DNA of 51,665 nucleotides from Terriglobia bacterium (GTDB lineage Bacteria; Acidobacteriota; Terriglobia; Acidiferrales; 2-02-FULL-67-57): NCBI GenBank assembly GCA_046758465.1, contig JBHIAG010000003.1, positions 1-51,665 of the forward strand, read 5' to 3'. Below the pieces are notes generated by a model that worked only from the letters and a program-made list of their open reading frames with translations, was not told where the DNA came from and made no database searches. Below are positions 40,806-48,806 of this stretch, piece by piece. The first letter of the stretch is position 1, and every line of letters begins with the position of its first letter. Position numbers and translations under genes: made by a program.

Positions 40806-41270
40806 CTAATCTGCACGAAAGGTGTTGGGGGGCGGAGCCTGGTTCACCAGCAGCCAGTAGAGCCCCAGTTGTTTGACGGTTTCGCGGAATTGGTGGAAGT
40901 CTACCGGCTTCTGGATGTAGCTGTTGACGCCGAGCTGATAGCCGTTGACCAGGTCTTTTTCTTCCTTGGAGGCGGTGAGGATGACGACGGGGATGGCTTT
41001 GGTGCGGGGGTCGCTTTTGACCTGCCGGAGGACTTCCAGGCCGTCCACTTTGGGGAGTTTCAAATCGAGCAGGGCGAGTTTGGGTGGGCGGTCGAAGGAG
41101 CGGCCGCGGTAGGGGCCGCGGCAGAAGAGGAAATCCAGAGCTTCCTCGCCGTCGCGGGCGACGTGGATGCGGTTGCGGATGTTCTCGCTACGCAGGGCGT
41201 GGAGGGTCAACTCGACGTCGGCAGGGCTGTCTTCAACCAGCAGGATTTCCACTTCGCCTTTCGGTGTCAT
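40806..41270 (-). CDS. Stand-alone response regulator (Rcp1-like)
   Basis: [31 protein letters not shown]. Confidence 0.92.
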   Translation of the reverse strand: MTPKGEVEILLVEDSPADVELTLHALRSENIRNRIHVARDGEEALDFLFCRGPYRGRSFDRPPKLALLDLKLPKVDGLEVLRQVKSDPRTKAIPVVILTASKEEKDLVNGYQLGVNSYIQKPVDFHQFRETVKQLGLYWLLVNQAPPPNTFRAD

Positions 41271-42835
41271 CGCTCACCTCGCTGCGCGGGAGTGCTTGTG
41301 TTATCCGGTTCAGGGGTCTCAGGAAGTCCCAGGGAGAAATAGAAGGTCGCGCCTTTGTCGAGTTCGGCTTCGGCCCAGGCGCGGCCGCCGTGTTTATGGA
41401 GGATGCGCTGGGCGGTGGCCAAGCCGACGCCGGTGCCTTCAAAATCTTCCCGGCGGTGGAGGCGCTGGAAGACGCCGAAGAGCTTGTCGACGTATTTCAT
41501 GCTGAAGCCGATACCGTTGTCACGCACGAAGACGACGGGCTGGCCGTTCTGGGTGGTGGAGCCGACTTCGATGACGGCGTGTTCCCGGGGCCGGGTGAAT
41601 TTGACGGCGTTGGCGAGGAAGTTGGAAAGGACTTGTTTCATCAGGGCGGGGTCGCAGTCGGCGAAGGGCAGTTGGCCGATGCGCCATTTGATCTGGCGGC
41701 CTTCGGTTTCCGGCTTGAGCTCGGCGAGAACTTCTTCCACCAGGGAGTTCAATCCCGTGGTTTGGCGGGCGAGTTCCTGGCGGCCGAGCCGGGCCAGGTT
41801 GAGCAGATCGTCCACCAGGCGGCCCATCTGGCCGGTGCCCTGCTGGATGCGCTGGAGGTAGTGGCGGGCGGTGGCGTCGAGTCGCGGGCCCACTTCTTCC
41901 GCTAGGATTTTGGCAAAGCCATCAATGTGACGCAGGGGAGCCCGCAGGTCGTGGGAGACGGAGTAGGTAAAAGCTTCCAGTTCTTTGTTGGAGGCCGCGA
42001 GCCCGGCGTGGGCTCTTTGCAGTGCCTCCTCGTCCTGTTTACGCGCAGTGATGTCGCGTGCGGTGGCGTAAATCAATTCTTGTCCGGGCAAGGGGGTGGC
42101 ATTCCACAAGAGCCACTTGTAAGAGCCATCCTTGCCGCGGTAGCGATTCTCAAACGCAATGGTGTCTACCCCGGTGGTGAGCTTCTGCGCTTCGGCGGCG
42201 GTGGCTTCGCGGTCTTCGGGATGAACGAATTCGAGGTAGGGTTTTGCGAGGAGTTCCTGGTTGGTAAAGCCGAGGGTTTTTTCCCAGGCTGGGTTGAGGC
42301 GCTTGAAGTAGCCATCGAAGCCAGCGATGCAGAGCATATCGAACGGGAGGGTGAAGAAGCGGTCGAGTTCTTCCCGGCGTTGGCGCTCGGTGAGGTCCTC
42401 GATGGCCAGGAGGATCATTTCTGTACGGTTGCCCTCCCGATAGATGCGGCGGGCATTGAGCAGCATCACCTTGTGCCCGATGGCGGGGAAGTCGTGCTCC
42501 ACCTCGAAGTCCTGAAACTGGGTATTCTCGAGGAGAATCTGCTCCAGCAGGGTGCGCAGACGGGGGATGTCCCACTGGCGGTTACCCAAGTCGTAGAGGA
42601 GGCAGTTTTCGGTCTCCTGGGCTGAGACCCGGAAGGTCTGGTAGAAGGAGCGATTCGCGGTTTTGACGCGTAGGTTGGCGTCGAGGATGAGGAGCGGTTC
42701 GCGCACGGTCGCGATGATGCTTTCGGCGTAAATCCGGGCGTCCTGTGCGGCTTCCAGGAGAGCGCGGAAGGTTGTCTCGCTGGCCGCGGCCTTGCGCGGA
42801 CGTTTGCGGCGAGGGCTGTGCTTGCGGGGTTTCAC
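41267..42835 (-). CDS. PAS-PAS sensor histidine kinase (Cph1-type kinase core)
   Basis: Two PAS domains, YSVSHDLRAPLR, NAVKFT, DNGIGF, FQRLH...FEGTGVGLA. Confidence 0.93.
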   Translation of the reverse strand: MKPRKHSPRRKRPRKAAASETTFRALLEAAQDARIYAESIIATVREPLLILDANLRVKTANRSFYQTFRVSAQETENCLLYDLGNRQWDIPRLRTLLEQILLENTQFQDFEVEHDFPAIGHKVMLLNARRIYREGNRTEMILLAIEDLTERQRREELDRFFTLPFDMLCIAGFDGYFKRLNPAWEKTLGFTNQELLAKPYLEFVHPEDREATAAEAQKLTTGVDTIAFENRYRGKDGSYKWLLWNATPLPGQELIYATARDITARKQDEEALQRAHAGLAASNKELEAFTYSVSHDLRAPLRHIDGFAKILAEEVGPRLDATARHYLQRIQQGTGQMGRLVDDLLNLARLGRQELARQTTGLNSLVEEVLAELKPETEGRQIKWRIGQLPFADCDPALMKQVLSNFLANAVKFTRPREHAVIEVGSTTQNGQPVVFVRDNGIGFSMKYVDKLFGVFQRLHRREDFEGTGVGLATAQRILHKHGGRAWAEAELDKGATFYFSLGLPETPEPDNTSTPAQRGER

Positions 42836-43026
42836 GGCGCTGTGGGTTGCTTACCGCGAAAGACCTGTCTCCAAGACAACGGCCGGGGCCTGTGGGTAAG
42901 CTTTTTCGAACAGTCCAGGCACACGGTGTAGGTCTGCTTGTCCGCGGTCGTCTCATCGAGGCGAGTGAGCACGATAGACTGGTGTCGATGCGTGCATCCG
43001 GAGAGAAAGTCCCAGAGAAAATTCAT
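42832..43026 (-). CDS. Small Cys/His protein (CxH...CxxC), 64 aa
   Basis: GCTHRH...TYTVCLDCSK; GGAG RBS; stop overlaps the kinase GTG; resembles a small acidobacterial family recalled as 'TYVVCLDCG'. Confidence 0.7.
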   Translation of the reverse strand: MNFLWDFLSGCTHRHQSIVLTRLDETTADKQTYTVCLDCSKKLTHRPRPLSWRQVFRGKQPTAP

Positions 43027-43489
43027 GATTGTGTTTCACTCCAGGGATAGGGTGTTTCTGGCTGCCACCGCTGCCCTTTTGGCATAAATTTGTGAGACTT
43101 CCTGTTTCTGGCGAACCCGACGACAGGATCGTGTCTTTCGAGGCGAAGCGAGACGTGCAGATGCGGCGGGTCGCTCTCGAGTCGGTTTGCAAATGTCGGG
43201 TGCGTAAGTCCGCCGCGCGGTAGCCGTAGTGGAGCGAACGCGCTCGCTGGATATCGTCATGCAGGCTGGTGACCGTTGCGGACTCGCCTGTCAGGGCACA
43301 ATGGACGCGGTTGGTGGTCGCCAAGATGCGAGCCACTGAGTCGGAAAACCGCGGCGGGACGACCTGCGACTTGAAGCGTAGCGGGGGCGGGGTCGCCAGC
43401 CGATTGGTTTCTTGTGCTACGGGCGGCGGGAAAATAAGCGTGAGTCCGACTCCGACACTGGTAGTCGCGACTCGGTTAGAGTGTCTCAT
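43023..43489 (-). pseudogene. Frameshifted Hedgehog/M15 (LAS) zinc peptidase-like gene
   Basis: First frame: VTSLHD...SLHYGYRAADLRTR (H-x6-D). After a shift near 43181-43190: LESDPPHLHV (HxH), ending in a TGA at 43023 that overlaps the next ATG. Confidence 0.65.
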
Positions 43490-43515
43490 TTTGTCCCGTC
43501 GTGCGCACTGGTGTT

Positions 43516-43532
43516 GGCAATTACCCGGCCAA
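43516..43532 (-). promoter_or_regulatory. Sigma-54 (-24/-12) promoter
   Basis: Minus strand TTGGCCGGGTAATTGCC (GG-N10-GC), 27 nt upstream of ATG 43489; IHF-like TTGCAATGACTTA at 43567-43579. Confidence 0.6.
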
Positions 43533-43690
43533 ACAGGCAAGAGTTTTGTGCAAAAAGTTTCTTTCCTTGCAATGACTTAGAGATCAGCTTTCTGCCGGCA
43601 ACCGGCAAAGGGCAAGAAATTGGGGAAGCAACTCCTTGCAACAGGGAGTCGGTTCCCGTCTGCGGGCACGTAAGAGTTGCACGCGCCACA

Positions 43691-43727
43691 TTCCCGACAT
43701 TGCTCACCAAATCGGGAATCGATTCCC
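43691..43727. promoter_or_regulatory. Candidate enhancer (bEBP binding site)
   Basis: TTCCCGA..TCGGGAA inverted pair and perfect 14-bp palindrome GGGAATCGATTCCC (43714-43727), between two divergent sigma-54 promoters. Confidence 0.4.
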
Positions 43728-43840
43728 AGATTTAGGGGGCCTTTCCCGCGTTGCGCGCGTGTGGTTGCACTGGCTCGGCCAGCAGGGCTTCAAGCGATTG
43801 CTGTGGAAGCAGATTGTTGCTTGCATATGACTGCCCGCAG

Positions 43841-43856
43841 TGGTGCAACGATTGCT
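43841..43856 (+). promoter_or_regulatory. Sigma-54 (-24/-12) promoter
   Basis: TGGTGCAACGATTGCT (GG-N10-GC); IHF-like CTTCAAGCGATTG at 43788-43800. Confidence 0.55.
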
Positions 43857-43958
43857 AGGCAATCAGGAGCGAGTAGTGGGTGTGCAAGTGTGTGCGGAGG
43901 GTAAAAAGGAACTCGTTCTTGGCCACCCACTCGAGAGATTTGCCCTGGAGCGATGAGG

Positions 43959-44147
43959 ATGGCAGACGAAGGGCGGAAACAGATGCTGGGGTTTCGTGCA
44001 GGCGTGAGGTCAACCGCCCAGATTGTCCGGGGAAGCCTGCGCGGGGTCGGAACGTATTTGTGGAAGAATGCCACGGACTTAGCGCGCAGGGTGCGGCGGG
44101 AGATGAAGATGCCCGCACTGCCAGGCACCAGCCTAAGAAAGAAGTGA
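43959..44147 (+). CDS. Small basic hypothetical protein (62 aa)
   Basis: GGAG 8 nt before the ATG; downstream of the 43841 sigma-54 motif; no recognisable family. Confidence 0.35.
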   Translation: MADEGRKQMLGFRAGVRSTAQIVRGSLRGVGTYLWKNATDLARRVRREMKMPALPGTSLRKK

Positions 44148-44837
44148 AGCGGGGATGCGGCCGGAAGTGTTGTGGTGACGGGCTGAGGCCTCACTCCGGC
44201 TGAAAACAGACGTCGAGAACGGAAGCGTTCCATGCGCGAAGCGGCACAAACGGTGAAATTTCTCCTATGCACTCTTTGGTCGCTAAGTTCACATCTTCTG
44301 ATGAGTTGGCGGGAGGCGGTGGTACTTCCCCAGGGGTGGGGCGTCGTGTGTCGGTCACTGGCCGACAGCTCCAGAGGCCAAACGAGGGCGTATGGACCGG
44401 CGCCTCACCCCGCTTTCCTTTTGAGCAAACCGGTGCGAAGTTTTCAGCGGGGTCAGTGGAGGTAGAGGGGCAGGCGACTAGCGAACTCCGCCGGGCCGCC
44501 CGTCCTTTCTACCTCCTTCGCCAGACAACTTGGTGAGGTGGATCTCGGCAATGCCATTGCGAAAGGATGAGCGGACGCTGCGCGGATCGGGGCGGCTGGG
44601 CAGGACACTCTCTTGGTAATAGGTGCGCTTGCCCGAGCTCCCTGAAAGGACGAGCCGACTCTCTCTGACTTCTACCTGAAGGTCGGGATTATGGGTGTGG
44701 GGCAGTTCGAGGTGAATTTCAAGAACGGCGTCTTCGATATCCGGTTGCGCAAGAAGGCAAACGGGTAGTCACCCCCGACGGAAGGATCCGATGCAATCGT
44801 GCCGAGCGGCTCGAGGCCACGAGTTTGCGTGGGCCAG

Positions 44838-46232
44838 TCAGCCAAAACGGCGCAGCTTGCGGAGCTTTGTGCGCAGCGTTTTTGGGTCGATGCGGACGAG
44901 TTGGGGAAGCTTCTTGGGATTGGACTCGCTGAGTTCCAGGAGTTTTGAAAATAGTCTCTGCTCTACTTGCTCGCTCACTGCCGATTTCAGCTTGCGCCAC
45001 ACCAGGGGTTCGGAAAGATCGATCTCGAGGTCAAGGGACAATTGCACACCTTGACTCGCGGGACGAAGTTTGTGGACCACTTGCACATATTTCGGCAAGT
45101 GGCCAGGAGTAATCTCCTTGCCCGCCAGTAAAATCGCTGATTTGATGACGTTTTCTAGTTCCCGGATGTTTCCCGGCCAGTGGAATCGCTGCAGGATCTC
45201 TAAAGCTTGCGGGTGGAGAGTACACTCAGACTTGCCAAAACGACGGCCATATAAGCTGACAAAATGATTAGCCAGTAAGGTGATGTCTTCCCCTCGCTCG
45301 CGCAAAGGGGGGAGCCAGATCGTGGCAGCACTCAGGCGGTAGTAGAGGTCGGCCCGAAACATTCCCTTTTTAATTGCCTCCTCCAATGGGGCATTCGTCG
45401 CCGCCACGATGCGCACGTCCACGGGCCGGCTGGCTTTGGACCCCAAGGGCTGAATTTCACCTTCTTGAATCACCCGCAAGAGCTTGGCCTGCATGCTGGC
45501 TGGCATGTTGCCAATTTCATCCAGAAAAAACGTTCCCCGGTGCGCCGTTTCAATGCGGCCCAGTTTCTTTTCCGCTGCGCCGGTGAATGCTCCTTTCTCG
45601 TACCCAAACAATTCGCTTTCCACGAGCGTCTCGGGCAGGCCGGCACACTCCAGAGGAATAAAAGGACCTTTTTGGCGCTTGCTCAGCATATGCAAGGCGC
45701 GTGCGAAGACTTCTTTTCCCGTTCCGCTTTCACCGCGCAGCAGCACGGTGACATCGGCGGGAGCGAAATTTTGCACTAAATTCCATGCCTTCTTTATCTT
45801 CGAGCTGTTTCCGATGATTCCGCAGCGTTCGTAGACCTCCGCGGGGGAAGAAGGATGGATAGAGAAAAAATATTGCACCGTCTCTTTGAGCTTGTTGAAG
45901 TCGATGGGCTTGACCAGATAGTCGAAGGCACCGAGGCGAGTTGTCTCGATGGCGGAAGCAATGCTGCCCCAGCCTGTCAAGATCACCACGCCCACCTCGG
46001 GGCTCTGCTGCCGCAGAATGCGTAGAACGTCAAGTCCGCTCAGACCCGGGAGGCGGAGATCCAGCAGGATCAGATCAGGCGGCGACGCTGCCACCTTCTT
46101 GAGTCCTTCATCACCACTGTAGGCGATCTCAATCGCATAGTCGGTCGTCAGAAAATCCCGCACTACGGCACACACTTCCCGGTCGTCATCAACAACGAGC
46201 AGCTGGTGAGGCATGGTGTTTCGCTGCGACAT
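44838..46232 (-). CDS. Sigma-54-dependent response regulator (AtoC/NtrC-like)
   Basis: VVDDD, LLDLRLP, GESGTGKE, ESELFGYEKGAFTGA, WPGNIREL; atypical C-terminal HTH. Confidence 0.92.
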   Translation of the reverse strand: MSQRNTMPHQLLVVDDDREVCAVVRDFLTTDYAIEIAYSGDEGLKKVAASPPDLILLDLRLPGLSGLDVLRILRQQSPEVGVVILTGWGSIASAIETTRLGAFDYLVKPIDFNKLKETVQYFFSIHPSSPAEVYERCGIIGNSSKIKKAWNLVQNFAPADVTVLLRGESGTGKEVFARALHMLSKRQKGPFIPLECAGLPETLVESELFGYEKGAFTGAAEKKLGRIETAHRGTFFLDEIGNMPASMQAKLLRVIQEGEIQPLGSKASRPVDVRIVAATNAPLEEAIKKGMFRADLYYRLSAATIWLPPLRERGEDITLLANHFVSLYGRRFGKSECTLHPQALEILQRFHWPGNIRELENVIKSAILLAGKEITPGHLPKYVQVVHKLRPASQGVQLSLDLEIDLSEPLVWRKLKSAVSEQVEQRLFSKLLELSESNPKKLPQLVRIDPKTLRTKLRKLRRFG

Positions 46233-46780
46233 GTCGTTTCGTCTAGCGGCGTTTGCGCAGCGCCAAATTTATGTCACACCTTTCCGCCCGTCCGGCTTTT
46301 TGCCGGACACCAGCGCAAGGAAGGAACCCAAGGTCTTGAGAACGCCACCGACGTGAATCGATTTTTCCAGCGGGATGTTCGGGCCTCGCTTTTGTGTGTT
46401 CATTTCATCTCCCTAGGGTGTTCTGGCCTTTGTTTAGGGTGACGCGCGGCGGTGCACGGATAGTTTGGCACTCCTAGTGTAGGCCACACTCCCGATCGGC
46501 CAGTCTCCTTAGATTCGGTCAGATAATGAGGGACGCGTACTGTAGCAACAAGCAAGAGTCTCCTTGGCGCTTGCAGAACTAATTTCCAGACTTGGCGCCA
46601 TCTAGTGGCAACTCTCCCCTTCTTCTCAACGAGGGCGCCTGGAGACCCGCTAGCATTTCACATATACTACAGCCAGGAGGAGAACGCAACCACCTTCTGA
46701 GCAAAGCAATCCGCCCCCTCCTTGCTGCACAAAGGCAAGCCGAGGGACAACAACACCAACCGGCAAAGTGGACGGGGCTA

Positions 46781-47170
46781 TTACTCCTTTCCTGCCGCCA
46801 ATAGTTGGCGCACCGTGCGCACTAAGTCGTCCCGCGTGAACGGCTTCTGGAGAAAGGCTTTGCTCCCGTCTAAGACGCCATCCTGGGCCATGACGTCGCG
46901 TGTGTAGCCGGACATGTAGAGCACCTTCATTTCCGGCCGCAGGGGCGCCAGGCGTTGGGCCAGCTCGTAACCGCTCATCCCGGGCATCACTACATCGGTC
47001 ATCATCAGGCGGATGGGGTCCGGGTGCTGTTGGCAGACGCGCAGGGCCTCGTCACCGTCACGCGCCTCCAACACGTTGTAGCCCATACTTTCCAAGAATT
47101 CCTGAACCACCTTCCGGACAGGTTCTTGGTCTTCCACCACCAAGACGGTTTCCGAGCGGGGAGGAGCCAT
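46781..47170 (-). CDS. Stand-alone receiver (CckA C-terminal type)
   Basis: ETVLVVED, TDVVMPGMSG, LYMSGY, FLQKPF. Confidence 0.85.
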   Translation of the reverse strand: MAPPRSETVLVVEDQEPVRKVVQEFLESMGYNVLEARDGDEALRVCQQHPDPIRLMMTDVVMPGMSGYELAQRLAPLRPEMKVLYMSGYTRDVMAQDGVLDGSKAFLQKPFTRDDLVRTVRQLLAAGKE

Positions 47171-47265
47171 TTTTTATCTTTCTCTGCGTGATGCAGGCTG
47201 TGGGTCGGGGTCAACCTCTTCGGGGACTTGGACAGCAGTCGGCTCGCCGGGTCGAAGCAGGAGTT

Positions 47266-48231
47266 TCAATCCCGTGTGTCTGCACTGCTGCGCATGAGCA
47301 TCTGCCGAAATTCAGCAAACAGATGCGGATCCCACCAGCCCTGTTTAACTTCGCTCGCCATCGTGTTGAGCGCCTCCACCAGTGACAAGCCCGGCTTGTA
47401 GGGCCGGTCGGTGGAGAGAGCGTCATAGATATCCACAATTTGTAGCACCCGCGCCGTGAGGGGGATTTGCTCGCCCTTGAGCCGGTCGGGGTAGCCCGAC
47501 CCGTCGAACTTTTCGTGGTGATGGCGGATGATGGGGAGCACCGATCGAAATGTCCTGAGCGGCTCGCAGATGCGCTCGCCTACAATGGGGTGCTCGCGCA
47601 TCAGCTTCCATTCGTCCGGCGTGAGCCGAGCGGGTTTGAATAGAATGGCATCGGGCACGGCCACCTTGCCGACGTCGTGCACAGTACCCGCCCGGCGCAA
47701 GGCTGTGATCTGCTCGGGGGGCAACCCGATGCGCTGGGCCAGCCGGGCCGAATAGTCTGACAAGCGCTCGCAGTGGCCCTCGGTGCACGGGTCTTTGCCT
47801 TCAATGCTGCGGGCCAGAGCAAACAGGACCGATTCGGTCCGCTCCATATCGTTCGTGTAGGCCTTCAGGCTGAGCAGGGCGCGCACCCGGGCGAGCAGTT
47901 CTCGGCATTCGACGGGCTTGGTCAGAAAGCAGTCCACGCCCGCATCGATGGCACGAATACGGTCTTCGATGGCCGCCAGTCCGGTGATCACTACGACCGG
48001 CGTCAGTCGGGTCGCTGGGTTGTTCTTGAGCTGTCGGCAGACCTCGACACCGTCGAGGTTCGGCATGATCACATCCAGCAACACCAAGTCCGGTTCGTGG
48101 TGCGCGAACTCTTCGAGCGCACGTTGGCCGTCCCCGGCGGTGATTATCTGGTATCCCTCCGCACGCAACAGCTCTTCCAGGAGTGTGCGATAGGGTGCTT
48201 CATCATCGACGAGTAGGATTGTTTCGGTCAT
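47266..48231 (-). CDS. REC/HD-GYP cyclic-di-GMP phosphodiesterase (RpfG-like)
   Basis: LVDDE, LLDVIMP, HCER, HDVGK, HHEKFDGSGYP, YDALSTDRPYK. Confidence 0.93.
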   Translation of the reverse strand: MTETILLVDDEAPYRTLLEELLRAEGYQIITAGDGQRALEEFAHHEPDLVLLDVIMPNLDGVEVCRQLKNNPATRLTPVVVITGLAAIEDRIRAIDAGVDCFLTKPVECRELLARVRALLSLKAYTNDMERTESVLFALARSIEGKDPCTEGHCERLSDYSARLAQRIGLPPEQITALRRAGTVHDVGKVAVPDAILFKPARLTPDEWKLMREHPIVGERICEPLRTFRSVLPIIRHHHEKFDGSGYPDRLKGEQIPLTARVLQIVDIYDALSTDRPYKPGLSLVEALNTMASEVKQGWWDPHLFAEFRQMLMRSSADTRD

Positions 48232-48317
48232 AGTGTCCTTGCCTCCGCACTGTGCTAGGAGGTAACCGTGGGAACCAGGAATCCTTGCCGATTACCCCTA
48301 GCGAGCCGTCGCTTCTG

Positions 48318-48599
48318 CTAAGCGGCCGGTTTGTTCCGAAGATGCTGGCGCGGCATACTGAGCTGCGTGCGCACATGGAAATCCAGCTCGGTGGGCGGGA
48401 GGGGCAGACCCAACAGAACCGGGACGATATGCCAACCGCTGAACAGGCGGCGGTGGAACAAGAAATCCTCCGCTTGGCTCAGGTGCCTGAAGATGAAGTA
48501 CTGCCCATCCGAGGAGTGATCGACCACCGGGTTTCCCTCTGCCTCTGTCTGGCAGACTGCAAACGCCACCCAGTTCTCCCTGTTGTCGAGCGTCTTCAT
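48318..48599 (-). CDS. Hypothetical protein (93 aa)
   Basis: GGGAGA RBS before MKTLDNRENW; protein-like composition; directly downstream of a sigma-54 motif. Confidence 0.5.
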   Translation of the reverse strand: MKTLDNRENWVAFAVCQTEAEGNPVVDHSSDGQYFIFRHLSQAEDFLFHRRLFSGWHIVPVLLGLPLPPTELDFHVRTQLSMPRQHLRNKPAA

Positions 48600-48665
48600 G
48601 TTTGTCTTCTCCCACTGTGGAATTGTTTTCTTGCCTATCATTTCGCACCTCGCGCCAACTAGGAG

Positions 48666-48806
48666 GGCAAGTGAGCGGCCAAATCGACTCGCGGAGCGAT
48701 TCCTAAGCAAGCTGAAATCAATGGCTTACAACGAGACGGCCAGCGTCCCCCGGCCCCGCTGACCGCCGATGTCTCGCCGATGCGACCTGTGGCTCAGGAT
48801 GAGACA
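48666..48806 (-). promoter_or_regulatory. Sigma-54 promoter + IHF site + tandem enhancer-like palindromes
   Basis: Minus strand TTGGCCGCTCACTTGCC (48682-48666); exact WATCAANNNNTTR match AATCAATGGCTTA (48716-48728); TGTCTCG-N4-TGCGACC and TGGCTCA-N3-TGAGACA (48770-48806). Confidence 0.65.

Noticed and set aside
44546-44561. CGGCAATGCCATTGCG (GG-N10-GC)
   Set aside because: Weak -24 box, no IHF or enhancer support and no intact downstream ORF.
46464-46480. TTTGGCACTCCTAGTGT sigma-54-like motif
   Set aside because: The -12 element is GT rather than GC, and no plus-strand gene follows.
47061-47070. CGCGCCTCCA matching the tRNA-Cys 3' end (possible attR)
   Set aside because: Only 10 bp and inside a conserved coding motif (LEAR) of the receiver; expected by chance.
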